This document shows positions 1-7,660 of a stretch of DNA of 32,000 nt, one piece after another. Positions within the stretch are counted from its first letter, which is position 1. Each line of letters starts with the position of its first letter. Source of the DNA: Pseudodesulfovibrio piezophilus C1TLV30 (GTDB lineage: Bacteria; Desulfobacterota; Desulfovibrionia; Desulfovibrionales; Desulfovibrionaceae); NCBI RefSeq assembly GCF_000341895.1, contig NC_020409.1:3572411-3604410 (forward strand), in the 5' to 3' direction. Below the pieces are notes generated by a model. It saw only the letters and a program-made list of their open reading frames with translations. It ran no database searches and had not been told where the DNA came from. The translations under genes and the position numbers were made by a program.

Positions 1-1
1 A

Positions 2-748
2 GTGGTGTATTCCCCTTTTGATACATTGAAACTCGCAAAAGATAATCCTGATGAGTTGGTCGTTTTCATCGGTGTCGGATTTGAAACGACTGCCCCGACT
101 ATCGCAGCAACCATGAAGATGGCTCGGGAGCAGGGGATTACCAATCTTCGAGTGCTTTGTTTCCACAAAACTGTGCCTTCCGCGCTGGAGGCTCTGTTGA
201 CAGATGCCCTGACCAGTATCGACGGGTTTATTTTGCCAGGGCATGTTTCCGCCATAATAGGATTGGAGCCATACCGTTTTATCGCTGAAAAGTATGGAAA
301 GTCGGCGATTGTCACTGGGTTTGAACCCCTTGATATCCTGCAATCCCTGACCCAGATGATTGATTGGCGAAACCGGGGCGAATCGCATGTGACCAATAAC
401 TATACACGTATTGTCAGTGATACAGGGAATACCAAAGCGCTCGAAATCATGTACGAAGTCTTTGAGCCGACCGATGCTTTGTGGCGTGGAATCGGGAATA
501 TCGCGGGATCCGGTCTCGAAATTCGTCAGGAATGGGAACTCTTTGATGCCAAGAAAGAATTTGGAATTGTCATCAAGGAAGGTCCGGCCTTGGCCGGATG
601 CAAGTGTGGGGACATCCTCAAGGGTATCAAACAACCTGATGAATGTCCGCTCTTCAAAAAAGCGTGTACTCCCGCCAATCCTGTCGGACCGTGCATGGTC
701 TCAACAGAAGGCAGTTGTGCAGCCTATTACAAATACAAAGTGGATTAG
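2..748 (+). CDS. hypD: [NiFe]-hydrogenase maturation protein HypD, C-terminal part (5' end outside window)
   Basis: The translation contains GFETTAP, PGHVSAIIG, CKCGDILKG and the C-terminal GPCMVSTEGSCAAYYKY, which are HypD family hallmarks. It is followed 2 nt later by hypE. Confidence 0.9.
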   Translation: MVYSPFDTLKLAKDNPDELVVFIGVGFETTAPTIAATMKMAREQGITNLRVLCFHKTVPSALEALLTDALTSIDGFILPGHVSAIIGLEPYRFIAEKYGKSAIVTGFEPLDILQSLTQMIDWRNRGESHVTNNYTRIVSDTGNTKALEIMYEVFEPTDALWRGIGNIAGSGLEIRQEWELFDAKKEFGIVIKEGPALAGCKCGDILKGIKQPDECPLFKKACTPANPVGPCMVSTEGSCAAYYKYKVD

Positions 749-750
749 AA

Positions 751-1755
751 ATGAGTGACAAGGTTCTCCTCGATTACGGCAGCGGCGGGCGTGCTTCTCA
801 GCGTCTCATTTCGGAACTTTTTCTCAAGCATCTTGGCAATGATGAGTTGAATCGGCTGAATGATGCCGCTGAATTAACCCTTTCCGGCAAAGTTGCCATG
901 TCCACGGATTCATTCGTTGTGGACCCAATTTTTTTCCCGGGTGGCAATATCGGTTCCTTAGCAGTTCATGGAACTGTGAATGATGTCGCCATGATGGGAG
1001 CTATCCCTCGGCACATTACCTGTGCATATATTTTGGAAGAAGGTTTACCCATGGATGATCTGGAAAAGATCGTCACAAGCATGGGGCAGGCAGCGCGTGA
1101 AGCTGGGGTTACGGTAGTCAGTGGCGATACAAAGGTCGTTCCGAAGGGAGCGGTTGACAAAATATTTATCAATACCACTGGAATTGGTGATATTATCGTG
1201 GATCCAGTTCCAAGTGGGGATGCTGCGCAAGTCGGTGACGCAGTCCTGCTTTCCGGGACGCTTGGAGATCATGGTTTAACAATCCTTGGTACTCGCGAAG
1301 GCTTGGATTTTGAGGCCAAAGTGGAGTCAGATTGCGCATCCTTAAACCATCTTCTTGTCAAGTTGGTCCGCGAACTACCGGAAGTTCATGTCCTGCGTGA
1401 TCCGACGCGGGGAGGGTTAGCGACCACGATGAACGAAATCACCCTCAGCTCCAATGTTTGTTGTGAACTTGTCGAGAAGGAGTTACCAATCCGGGCCGAG
1501 GTTCAGGGGGGGTGTTCCATTCTCGGACTTGATCCTTTGTACCTGGCCAATGAAGGCAAATTCCTTTGCATCCTGCCTCAGGCTCATGCGGAAAAGGCTC
1601 TGGAAATCATGCGCGCTGATCCCCTTGGGCACGGTGCATGCCAGATTGGTTCGATTACAGATGCCAATCCCGGCAAAGTTGTTTTGATTACCAAACTCGG
1701 CGGCAAGCGGTTGTTGAACATGCTCGAAGGTGAACAGTTGCCTCGGATTTGTTAG
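751..1755 (+). CDS. hypE: [NiFe]-hydrogenase maturation protein HypE (AIR-synthase-like carbamoyl dehydratase)
   Basis: The ATG at 751 is Met37 of track ORF 643..1755 and lies 2 nt after the hypD stop. The sequence is PurM/AIR-synthase-like and ends in the invariant C-terminal PRIC motif. The upstream 36 codons overlap hypD and are not counted. Confidence 0.9.
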   Translation: MSDKVLLDYGSGGRASQRLISELFLKHLGNDELNRLNDAAELTLSGKVAMSTDSFVVDPIFFPGGNIGSLAVHGTVNDVAMMGAIPRHITCAYILEEGLPMDDLEKIVTSMGQAAREAGVTVVSGDTKVVPKGAVDKIFINTTGIGDIIVDPVPSGDAAQVGDAVLLSGTLGDHGLTILGTREGLDFEAKVESDCASLNHLLVKLVRELPEVHVLRDPTRGGLATTMNEITLSSNVCCELVEKELPIRAEVQGGCSILGLDPLYLANEGKFLCILPQAHAEKALEIMRADPLGHGACQIGSITDANPGKVVLITKLGGKRLLNMLEGEQLPRIC

Positions 1756-1797
1756 GATGGAGCATCTTGACGACGGTTATTGTCTGCATTTTCAATA

Positions 1798-1836
1798 CAA
1801 GAAGGCCCCGGAGAGTCGATCTCCGGGGCCTTCTTG
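1798..1836. terminator. Bidirectional hairpin terminator between convergent hypE and cheV
   Basis: A perfect 17-bp GC-rich stem (caagaaggccccggaga / tctccggggccttcttg) with loop gtcga lies in the 103-bp gap between the two convergent stop codons. Flanking T/A tracts are only moderate. Confidence 0.7.
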
Positions 1837-1858
1837 TATTCAATCCAGTGAATGAGGA

Positions 1859-2890
1859 TCAGCGAGTTCCCAGTCGTTCCGCCTGTTCTCTTTCTACAAT
1901 GAGTGCCGCTGCGCGGCGGGCAAGCTGTGTGATTTCCGGTTTGGAAATCTGATCATCAGCGCCAACCGTCAAGCCCCGGTGACGAAGTTTTTCGGTTATC
2001 AAAGAAGAGAAGAGAATGACGGGCAAATCCTTCATGATCGGATCTTCCTTGATGCGTTTGGTCAAGTGATGTCCATCCATCATAGGCATTTCAATGTCGG
2101 AAACAATAACTTGAACAAAATCAGTGATTGGACGATTTTCTTCCACCGCCATCTGTCTTATTTCCTTCAGGCGATCCCAACACTCTCTGCCATTGTTGGT
2201 CTTTTCCACCCGAAACCCTGCCTGGCCCAGCATGTCGTGAATCATTTCTCGGATGAGAGGGGAGTCATCGGCAATAAGCGCTTTATACCCTGTATGCGCG
2301 ATGTTCTCGAAGGTGTCATCCAGCTTGAGGCGCATGGTCGGATTCAATTCAGAAACAATACGTTCCAGATCAAGGATGAAAACGATACGGTTATCGAATT
2401 TGACAACTCCTGTGATGGAGTCTCCGGACAGGGCGGAGACATAGCGGTTAGGAGCTTCGACATCTTCCCAACTGATACGATGGATGCGAGTGACACCGGA
2501 GACCATGAAAGCCGACGTTATCTGGTTGAATTCTGTCACAATGACTTTGGGAGGTTCATTTTCAATGCGTTTTTTCTTGAGCCAGACAGACAAATCGAGC
2601 AGCGGAATGATGCGGGAGCGAAGATTGAACGCCCCCAGCACCGATTTATGTGAAACTTCCGGCATCTCGGTAACTTCCGGCATTCTGATGATTTCCAGAA
2701 CCTTCGCAACGTTAACGCCGTAGTAGCTTTTACGGCTAATCTTTTTCCCTTCGCCGTTATTGTGCTCGATTATTTCCTGATTAAGCTCGCCATCACTTTC
2801 TCCCTTGGGTTCTTCCTCAAGGTAGAATTCGACGATCTCAAGCTCGTTTGTGCCTGCTTCAAGCAATATCTCGGTTGTTCCGGTGGACAT
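1859..2890 (-). CDS. cheV: Chemotaxis coupling protein CheV (N-terminal CheW domain plus C-terminal response-regulator receiver)
   Basis: The N-terminal half is CheW-like (GTNELEIVEF...YGVNVAKVLEII...VTEFN...VSGVTRIHRISWEDV). The C-terminal half is a receiver domain (ALIADDSPLIREM...VSDIEMPMMDG...LPVILFSSL...SKP). Confidence 0.85.
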   Translation of the reverse strand: MSTGTTEILLEAGTNELEIVEFYLEEEPKGESDGELNQEIIEHNNGEGKKISRKSYYGVNVAKVLEIIRMPEVTEMPEVSHKSVLGAFNLRSRIIPLLDLSVWLKKKRIENEPPKVIVTEFNQITSAFMVSGVTRIHRISWEDVEAPNRYVSALSGDSITGVVKFDNRIVFILDLERIVSELNPTMRLKLDDTFENIAHTGYKALIADDSPLIREMIHDMLGQAGFRVEKTNNGRECWDRLKEIRQMAVEENRPITDFVQVIVSDIEMPMMDGHHLTKRIKEDPIMKDLPVILFSSLITEKLRHRGLTVGADDQISKPEITQLARRAAALIVEREQAERLGTR

Positions 2891-2954
2891 GAAAGCACCG
2901 TTTCCTTTTTCAAGAGTTCGAAAGAGTTCTGTGCGTTAGACTCTTATTTAACCG

Positions 2955-3974
2955 TTATTGCGGAATCTCGTCAATGAGAGTTTCCGGAGTGGCTGGTTCT
3001 GCGGCTTCCAAGGTTGCCATTATAGATGTCGCCTTTTCGAGTTCGTCCCAGTCCTGGCATTGCAGAAGAGAGGCTCGCAAGGACCGTATCCCTCTTAAGC
3101 CCTTTGCATAACGAGGAATTATTGAACGTATCTTTCTGAATGATCGGTCATCTCCCTCATAGGTGCGAGTCAGCCTGATATGTTCACGGACAACTTCAGC
3201 CAGGGCTGTTCCTGTGCGGAGGGTGGGGATTTCCCCGTTCTGCAATGCCGTGAAACGAGAAAAAATAGCTGGGTCATAAAGCGCACCGCGAGCGAACATC
3301 ACGGTGTCTATTCCGGTTTCCTGAATACATCGGACACCGTCTTCAGCCGTAAACAGATCGCCAGAGCCAATCACCGGGATAGAAACTGCGTCTTTCAACA
3401 GTTTGAGTTTGGTCCAATCTGCAGAGCCGGAAAACATCTGCTTGCCATAACGTGGATGCATAGTCACCCAATCGACGCCGACGTCCTGAAGACGTTTACC
3501 TAATTCTATATATATGTCTTCGCCGTTTTTGAACCCGAGGCGAAATTTTATACCAACACGGCCGCCTTCTGGGTGTACTTCGGCGCTTCTTACCATTATT
3601 GAAGCCAATTGGACGAGTTTGTCTATGTCGTCCATGAGTTTGACGCCGCTGCCGGATTTGAGGACTTTGCGAACCGGGCATCCTGCATTCAGGTCAAAGT
3701 TGCGATATCCGAGTCCGACAAGCTCTTCCATGACGGGTTTGAAATAGTGCGGATCAGCCCCGAATAATTGGAGGACCATGGGGTCATCCTCAGGGCAGGT
3801 CGCTATCAAACGTTGCGTTCCGACATTGGCAAATGCCATGCCTTTCACGCTGACCATTTCTGAACAGCAGACACTACACCCAAATTTTTTGGAGAGCAGT
3901 CGAAAGGGAAGATCGGAATATCCTGCTAAGGGGGCAAGCCAAGGAGAATCTTTTTGTATAATAATTTCACTCAT
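2955..3974 (-). CDS. tRNA-dihydrouridine synthase (Dus family, FMN TIM-barrel)
   Basis: The N-terminus reads LAPLAGYSDLPFRLL, the catalytic-Cys motif is DLNAGCPVRKV, and MHPRYGKQMFSG is also present. The subfamily (DusA/B/C) cannot be assigned from sequence reading alone. Confidence 0.8.
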   Translation of the reverse strand: MSEIIIQKDSPWLAPLAGYSDLPFRLLSKKFGCSVCCSEMVSVKGMAFANVGTQRLIATCPEDDPMVLQLFGADPHYFKPVMEELVGLGYRNFDLNAGCPVRKVLKSGSGVKLMDDIDKLVQLASIMVRSAEVHPEGGRVGIKFRLGFKNGEDIYIELGKRLQDVGVDWVTMHPRYGKQMFSGSADWTKLKLLKDAVSIPVIGSGDLFTAEDGVRCIQETGIDTVMFARGALYDPAIFSRFTALQNGEIPTLRTGTALAEVVREHIRLTRTYEGDDRSFRKIRSIIPRYAKGLRGIRSLRASLLQCQDWDELEKATSIMATLEAAEPATPETLIDEIPQ

Positions 3975-4166
3975 GGTGAGAAGCTCATAATGGGAGTTTT
4001 CAGATCAGTCAAAGAGAAAGGGTGAAGGCACCCATGAGACGATGAAAAAAGGAGTGGAAACGGTGAAACCGCGTCATAGGGCGCTTTTATAGGGATTAAG
4101 GCTAAATATGTAAACGTTTTGGTGGTCTGTATCTTGAAATTATTTCGAAAAAATACAAGAAGAGGG

Positions 4167-4195
4167 TTGACAAAAAGGCTCTTTCCAACTTAAAC
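4167..4195 (+). promoter_or_regulatory. Candidate sigma70-type promoter (distal) for the tRNA cluster
   Basis: TTGACA (4167-4172), a 17-nt spacer and TTAAAC (4190-4195), preceded by the A-rich tract cgaaaaaatacaagaa. This is a pattern match only. Confidence 0.3.
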
Positions 4196-4269
4196 ACGCC
4201 CGTCTTCGAGCGAAAGGTTTCACGAAACAGCATGTAAATGCAGATTGTGAAGAAAAACCAAAAAAACTC

Positions 4270-4298
4270 TTGCTTTTTGAAATATTGATGGATAAGAC
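4270..4298 (+). promoter_or_regulatory. Candidate sigma70-type promoter (proximal) for the tRNA cluster
   Basis: TTGCTT (4270-4275), a 17-nt spacer and TAAGAC (4293-4298), preceded by the A-tract gaagaaaaaccaaaaaaa. It would start transcription a few nt before the tRNA-Thr 5' end at 4311. The -10 element is weak. Confidence 0.3.
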
Positions 4299-4310
4299 TT
4301 CGTTCCCGGT

Positions 4311-4386
4311 GCTGGCGTAGCTCAATTGGTAGAGCAGCTGATTTGTAATCAGCAGGTTGCGGGTTCAAGTCCCATCGCCAGCTCCA
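4311..4386 (+). tRNA. tRNA-Thr, anticodon UGU, CCA encoded
   Basis: It folds by hand into a 76-nt cloverleaf. The acceptor is gctggcg/cgccagc, the D arm gctc-aattggta-gagc, and the anticodon arm gctga-ttTGTaa-tcagc. The T arm is gcggg-ttcaagt-cccat, with one C:A mismatch. Confidence 0.93.
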
Positions 4387-4394
4387 AAGACAAT

Positions 4395-4480
4395 GGTGGG
4401 GTTCCCGAGTGGCCAAAGGGAACAGACTGTAAATCTGTCGGCGTTCGCCTTCGGAGGTTCAAATCCTCCCCCCACCACCA
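4395..4480 (+). tRNA. tRNA-Tyr, anticodon GUA, long variable arm, CCA encoded
   Basis: The acceptor is ggtgggg/ccccacc, the anticodon arm acaga-ctGTAaa-tctgt, the long variable arm cggcgttcgccttc, and the T arm ggagg-ttcaaat-cctcc. Length is 86 nt. Confidence 0.95.
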
Positions 4481-4544
4481 CGAATTTCATAGCCGCGCTG
4501 TAGGAGATGCCCCCAAGAGGGGTGTTGGTGACTACGGAGAGTGA

Positions 4545-4620
4545 GCGGGAATAGCTCAATTGGTAGAGCATCAGCCTTCCAAGCTGAGGGTTGCGGGTTC
4601 GAGTCCCGTTTCCCGCTCCA
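4545..4620 (+). tRNA. tRNA-Gly, anticodon UCC, CCA encoded
   Basis: The acceptor is gcgggaa/ttcccgc, the anticodon arm tcagc-ctTCCaa-gctga, and the T arm gcggg-ttcgagt-cccgt. Length is 76 nt. Confidence 0.95.
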
Positions 4621-4724
4621 CGTTCTATCTCTCAAGTCACATATTCTCCTTAATAGAATCGGGCTCAGCCCGGAAAGCAGGCGGTCATGTCTTGATAAAA
4701 GACGTGAATACCGGTACTAGCCCG

Positions 4725-4760
4725 GTCATGGACAGGCTTGTCCATGACTTTGTTTATTTT
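4725..4760 (+). terminator. Rho-independent terminator or attenuator between tRNA-Gly and tuf
   Basis: A perfect 10-bp stem gtcatggaca (4725-4734) / tgtccatgac (4739-4748) with loop ggct, followed directly by tttgtttatttt (4749-4760). Confidence 0.7.
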
Positions 4761-4803
4761 AGAGTAATAAAAACTATACAACTTTTACGTTAGGGGGATC
4801 ACA

Positions 4804-5997
4804 ATGGGTAAAGCTAAATTTGAACGTAGCAAGCCTCACGTTAACGTCGGAACCATTGGTCACATTGACCATGGTAAGACTACTCTGACTGCTGCTATCA
4901 CCAAACTGGCCGCCATGGCTGGTCACGGCGAATACGTTGCTTTCGATGAGATCGATAAGGCTCCTGAAGAAAAAGAGCGCGGCATTACCATCGCTACAGC
5001 TCACGTCGAGTACGAGACTGCAAATCGTCACTATGCTCACGTGGACTGCCCCGGTCACGCCGATTACATCAAGAACATGATCACAGGTGCTGCCCAGATG
5101 GATGGCGCTATTCTGGTCTGCGCAGCCACTGATGGTCCCATGCCTCAGACTCGTGAGCACATCCTGCTCGCTCGTCAGGTTGGTGTGCCCGCAATGGTCG
5201 TCTTCCTGAATAAATGCGACATGGTTGATGACGAGGAGTTGCTTGAGCTGGTCGAGATGGAAGTTCGTGAGCTGCTCGACAAGTACGAATTCCCCGGTGA
5301 CGATATTCCAGTCATCCTGGGTTCCGCTTTGAAAGCTCTGGAATGCGATTCCGTTGATGACGAAGCTGCCAAGCCCATTTATGAGCTGCTCGAAGCCTGT
5401 GATTCCTACATCCCTGAGCCAGAGCGCGACATTGATATGCCGTTCCTGATGCCTGTTGAGGATGTTTTCTCCATCTCCGGTCGTGGTACTGTTATCACCG
5501 GCCGTGTAGAGCGCGGTGTTATCACCGTTGGTGAAGAAGTCGAAATCGTTGGTATCAAGGACACCATCAAGACCACCTGCACAGGTGTCGAGATGTTCCG
5601 TAAGCTGCTTGATCAGGGTCAGGCCGGTGACAACGTCGGTCTGCTGATTCGTGGAGTTAAGCGTGAAGAAGTCGAGCGTGGTCAGGTTGCTGCCAAGCCC
5701 GGTTCCATCAACCCGCACACCAAGTTCAAGGCTGAGGTCTACGTCCTCTCCAAAGACGAAGGTGGACGCCACACCCCGTTTTTCTCCGGTTACCGTCCTC
5801 AGTTCTACTTCCGTACAACTGACATCACTGGTGTCGTTACTCTGGAAGATGGTATCGAGATGGTTATGCCCGGCGATAACGCCACTTTCAATGTCGAGAT
5901 GATTGCACCTATCGCCATGGAAATCGGACTGCGCTTCGCTATTCGCGAAGGTGGACGTACCGTTGGTGCAGGTGTTGTCACCGAGATCGTGGAGTAA
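4804..5997 (+). CDS. tuf: Elongation factor Tu
   Basis: 397 aa starting [28 protein letters not shown], with the GTPase motifs DCPGHADY and NKCD. The Shine-Dalgarno sequence aggggga lies upstream. Confidence 0.98.
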   Translation: MGKAKFERSKPHVNVGTIGHIDHGKTTLTAAITKLAAMAGHGEYVAFDEIDKAPEEKERGITIATAHVEYETANRHYAHVDCPGHADYIKNMITGAAQMDGAILVCAATDGPMPQTREHILLARQVGVPAMVVFLNKCDMVDDEELLELVEMEVRELLDKYEFPGDDIPVILGSALKALECDSVDDEAAKPIYELLEACDSYIPEPERDIDMPFLMPVEDVFSISGRGTVITGRVERGVITVGEEVEIVGIKDTIKTTCTGVEMFRKLLDQGQAGDNVGLLIRGVKREEVERGQVAAKPGSINPHTKFKAEVYVLSKDEGGRHTPFFSGYRPQFYFRTTDITGVVTLEDGIEMVMPGDNATFNVEMIAPIAMEIGLRFAIREGGRTVGAGVVTEIVE

Positions 5998-6000
5998 CAC

Positions 6001-6150
6001 ATGCGCATCAATATTCAACTGCAGTGCACAGAGTGCAAGCGTAAGAACTACGCAACGCAGAAGAACAAGAAGAATACTACAGGTCGTCTGGAAGTGAGCA
6101 AGTATTGTCCATGGGACAAGAAGCACACTCTCCACAAAGAGTCCAAGTAG
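6001..6150 (+). CDS. rpmG: 50S ribosomal protein L33 (49 aa, absent from the ORF track because it is under 60 aa)
   Basis: The ATG at 6001 is 3 nt after the tuf stop. Hand translation gives [49 protein letters not shown], with stop TAG at 6148-6150. The order tuf/rpmG/tRNA-Trp/secE is conserved. Confidence 0.92.
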   Translation: MRINIQLQCTECKRKNYATQKNKKNTTGRLEVSKYCPWDKKHTLHKESK

Positions 6151-6162
6151 ATTCGATAGAGC

Positions 6163-6239
6163 AGGGGTATAGTTCCAACGGCTAGAACGCCGGTCTCCAA
6201 AACCGGATGCTGGGGGTTCGAATCCCTCTACCCCTGCCA
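6163..6239 (+). tRNA. tRNA-Trp, anticodon CCA, 3' CCA encoded
   Basis: The acceptor is aggggta/tacccct, the anticodon arm ccggt-ctCCAaa-accgg, and the T arm ggggg-ttcgaat-ccctc. Length is 77 nt, starting 12 nt after the rpmG stop. Confidence 0.95.
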
Positions 6240-6253
6240 ATTAAGTCTTTGAA

Positions 6254-6303
6254 AGCGGGCGTTTCGGGGCCTTGTCAATGAAGGCAAGGCTCTGCGACCC
6301 GCT
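6254..6303 (+). other. Long imperfect hairpin in the tRNA-Trp/secE spacer (possible terminator, processing or leader structure)
   Basis: The outer stem is agcggg (6254-6259) / cccgct (6298-6303). The inner 8-bp stem is ggggccttg-type (6267-6274) / caaggctc (6285-6292), with a 10-nt loop. No clear U-tract follows. Confidence 0.4.
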
Positions 6304-6327
6304 CAATAATTTGGGAAGAAGAAAGTT

Positions 6328-6585
6328 ATGGCCAAGAGAAAAGGCAAAAAAGCCACAGAGAAGCAGGCCGCGCAGGCAACTGCTACCGGTCCCGTCGGAA
6401 AGGTCAAAGAATTCGTAGAGTTCTTTGAGGAATCCAAGGTCGAGATCAAAAAGGTTGTCTGGCCGACTCGAAAGGAAATCGTAACCACGAGTGTCGCCGT
6501 GCTTGTCGTGAGTATTGTCATAGCCCTGTATCTTGGGCTTGTCGATCTTGCGTTCTCTAAGTTCGTCGAGGCCATACTGTCCTAA
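6328..6585 (+). CDS. secE: Preprotein translocase subunit SecE
   Basis: 85 aa with a basic N-terminus, the conserved KVVWPTRKE motif and a single C-terminal TM helix (VTTSVAVLVVSIVIALYLGLV). It sits directly upstream of nusG. Confidence 0.93.
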   Translation: MAKRKGKKATEKQAAQATATGPVGKVKEFVEFFEESKVEIKKVVWPTRKEIVTTSVAVLVVSIVIALYLGLVDLAFSKFVEAILS

Positions 6586-6617
6586 GTCCCTTTTACGAGC
6601 AAAGGCTGGATCACACT

Positions 6618-7175
6618 ATGGATGCCATATTGGAACAAGCTTCTCCCCGCGCACGTTGGTACATTGTTCATACCTATTCAGGTTTTGAACAGCGTGTCGA
6701 GTTGACCGTCAAGGAGATGATGCGGACAGGGCAAGACAAGGGTCTCATTGAAGAGGTCGTCATGCCCACCGAAAAGATCGTCGAGATGGTTAAGGGTGAG
6801 CGTAAAACGTCCACCAGGAAGTTTTACCCCGGGTATATCATGATCAAAATGATTTTGACCGATGATACCTGGCATCTGATTCAGTCCATCCCGCGTGTCA
6901 CCGGGTTTGTCGGTGGTAAAAATCGACCGACTCCAATGCGTGATAGCGAGGCGGAGAACATTCTCAACATGATGGAAAGCCGTCAGGAAAAACCTCGTCC
7001 CAAGTTCAACTTTGAGCGCAGTGATGAGGTCCGGGTCATTGATGGTCCGTTCAGCGGTTTTAACGGTGTTGTGGAAGAAGTCAATTACGACAAGGGAAAA
7101 CTCAAGGTTTCCGTCTCCATTTTCGGGCGTCAAACTCCAGTGGAGCTTGACTTTGTCCAAGTGGACAAAGGGTAG
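6618..7175 (+). CDS. nusG: Transcription termination/antitermination factor NusG
   Basis: 185 aa. The NGN domain reads WYIVHTYSGFEQRV and the KOW motif reads VRVIDGPFSGFNGVVEEV. Confidence 0.96.
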   Translation: MDAILEQASPRARWYIVHTYSGFEQRVELTVKEMMRTGQDKGLIEEVVMPTEKIVEMVKGERKTSTRKFYPGYIMIKMILTDDTWHLIQSIPRVTGFVGGKNRPTPMRDSEAENILNMMESRQEKPRPKFNFERSDEVRVIDGPFSGFNGVVEEVNYDKGKLKVSVSIFGRQTPVELDFVQVDKG

Positions 7176-7220
7176 CCCGCATATTCTCGCTAACTGCGAA
7201 ATTTCTCATCGAGGAATACA

Positions 7221-7646
7221 ATGGCCAAGAAAGAATTAGGAAAGATCAAACTGCAGATACCTGCAGGTGGCGCCAATCCTTCCCCGCCGGTCGGTCCGGC
7301 TCTGGGACAACATGGTGTCAACATTATGGAATTCTGTAAGGCATTTAATGCCAAGACACAGGACCAGAAGGGACTCATCATCCCTGTCGTCATCACGGTT
7401 TATGCAGACCGTTCCTTTGACTTCATCACCAAGACCCCACCTGCAGCAGTGCTGCTTCTCAAGGCCGCAGGCCTGGAGAAAGGTTCTGGTGAGCCGAACA
7501 AGGAAAAGGTCGGTAAAGTCACCCGAGCCCAGGTTCAGGAGATCGCCGAGTTGAAGATGGTGGATTTGAACGCCAATGACATCGAGAATGCGATGCTGCA
7601 GATTGAGGGCACCGCCCGCAGCATGGGTATCGATATCAAAGGCTAG
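7221..7646 (+). CDS. rplK: 50S ribosomal protein L11
   Basis: 141 aa containing [34 protein letters not shown]. Confidence 0.98.
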   Translation: MAKKELGKIKLQIPAGGANPSPPVGPALGQHGVNIMEFCKAFNAKTQDQKGLIIPVVITVYADRSFDFITKTPPAAVLLLKAAGLEKGSGEPNKEKVGKVTRAQVQEIAELKMVDLNANDIENAMLQIEGTARSMGIDIKG

Positions 7647-7660
7647 TGAGGAAATAAGAA

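Noticed and set aside
643-750. N-terminal 36-codon extension of the hypE ORF, and the 115-aa ORF 411..758, both overlapping hypD out of frame
   Set aside because: The extension lies entirely inside hypD and is Arg/Ser/Cys/Leu-rich with no similarity to HypE N-termini. The canonical hypE start (MSDKVLLDYGSGG) is at 751, just after the hypD stop.
1979-2653. 224-aa plus-strand ORF opposite cheV
   Set aside because: It has the same phase as cheV (2 mod 3), making it a mirror frame. CheV has clear domain hallmarks and this ORF has none.
4102-4571. Minus-strand and plus-strand ORFs (4102..4416, 4140..4325, 4326..4544, 4365..4571, 4560..4793) over the tRNA cluster
   Set aside because: They are read straight through three well-folding tRNA genes. 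These are artefacts of ORF calling in non-coding DNA.
4621-4724. Search for a fourth tRNA (Thr-GGU, as in the E. coli tufB operon), or a degraded remnant, between tRNA-Gly and tuf
   Set aside because: There is no GTTCRANYC T-loop, no acceptor-stem complementarity and no anticodon arm. The region only forms simple hairpins.
4774-6240. 488-aa minus-strand ORF spanning tuf, rpmG and tRNA-Trp
   Set aside because: Its codon phase (low coordinate mod 3 = 1) is identical to tuf (4804 mod 3 = 1), so it is the exact mirror frame. Antisense stops arise only from sense TTA, CTA or TCA, which highly expressed genes avoid. The translation is low-complexity (V/D/G/T/L-rich), overlaps a tRNA, and has no Shine-Dalgarno sequence or recognisable domain.
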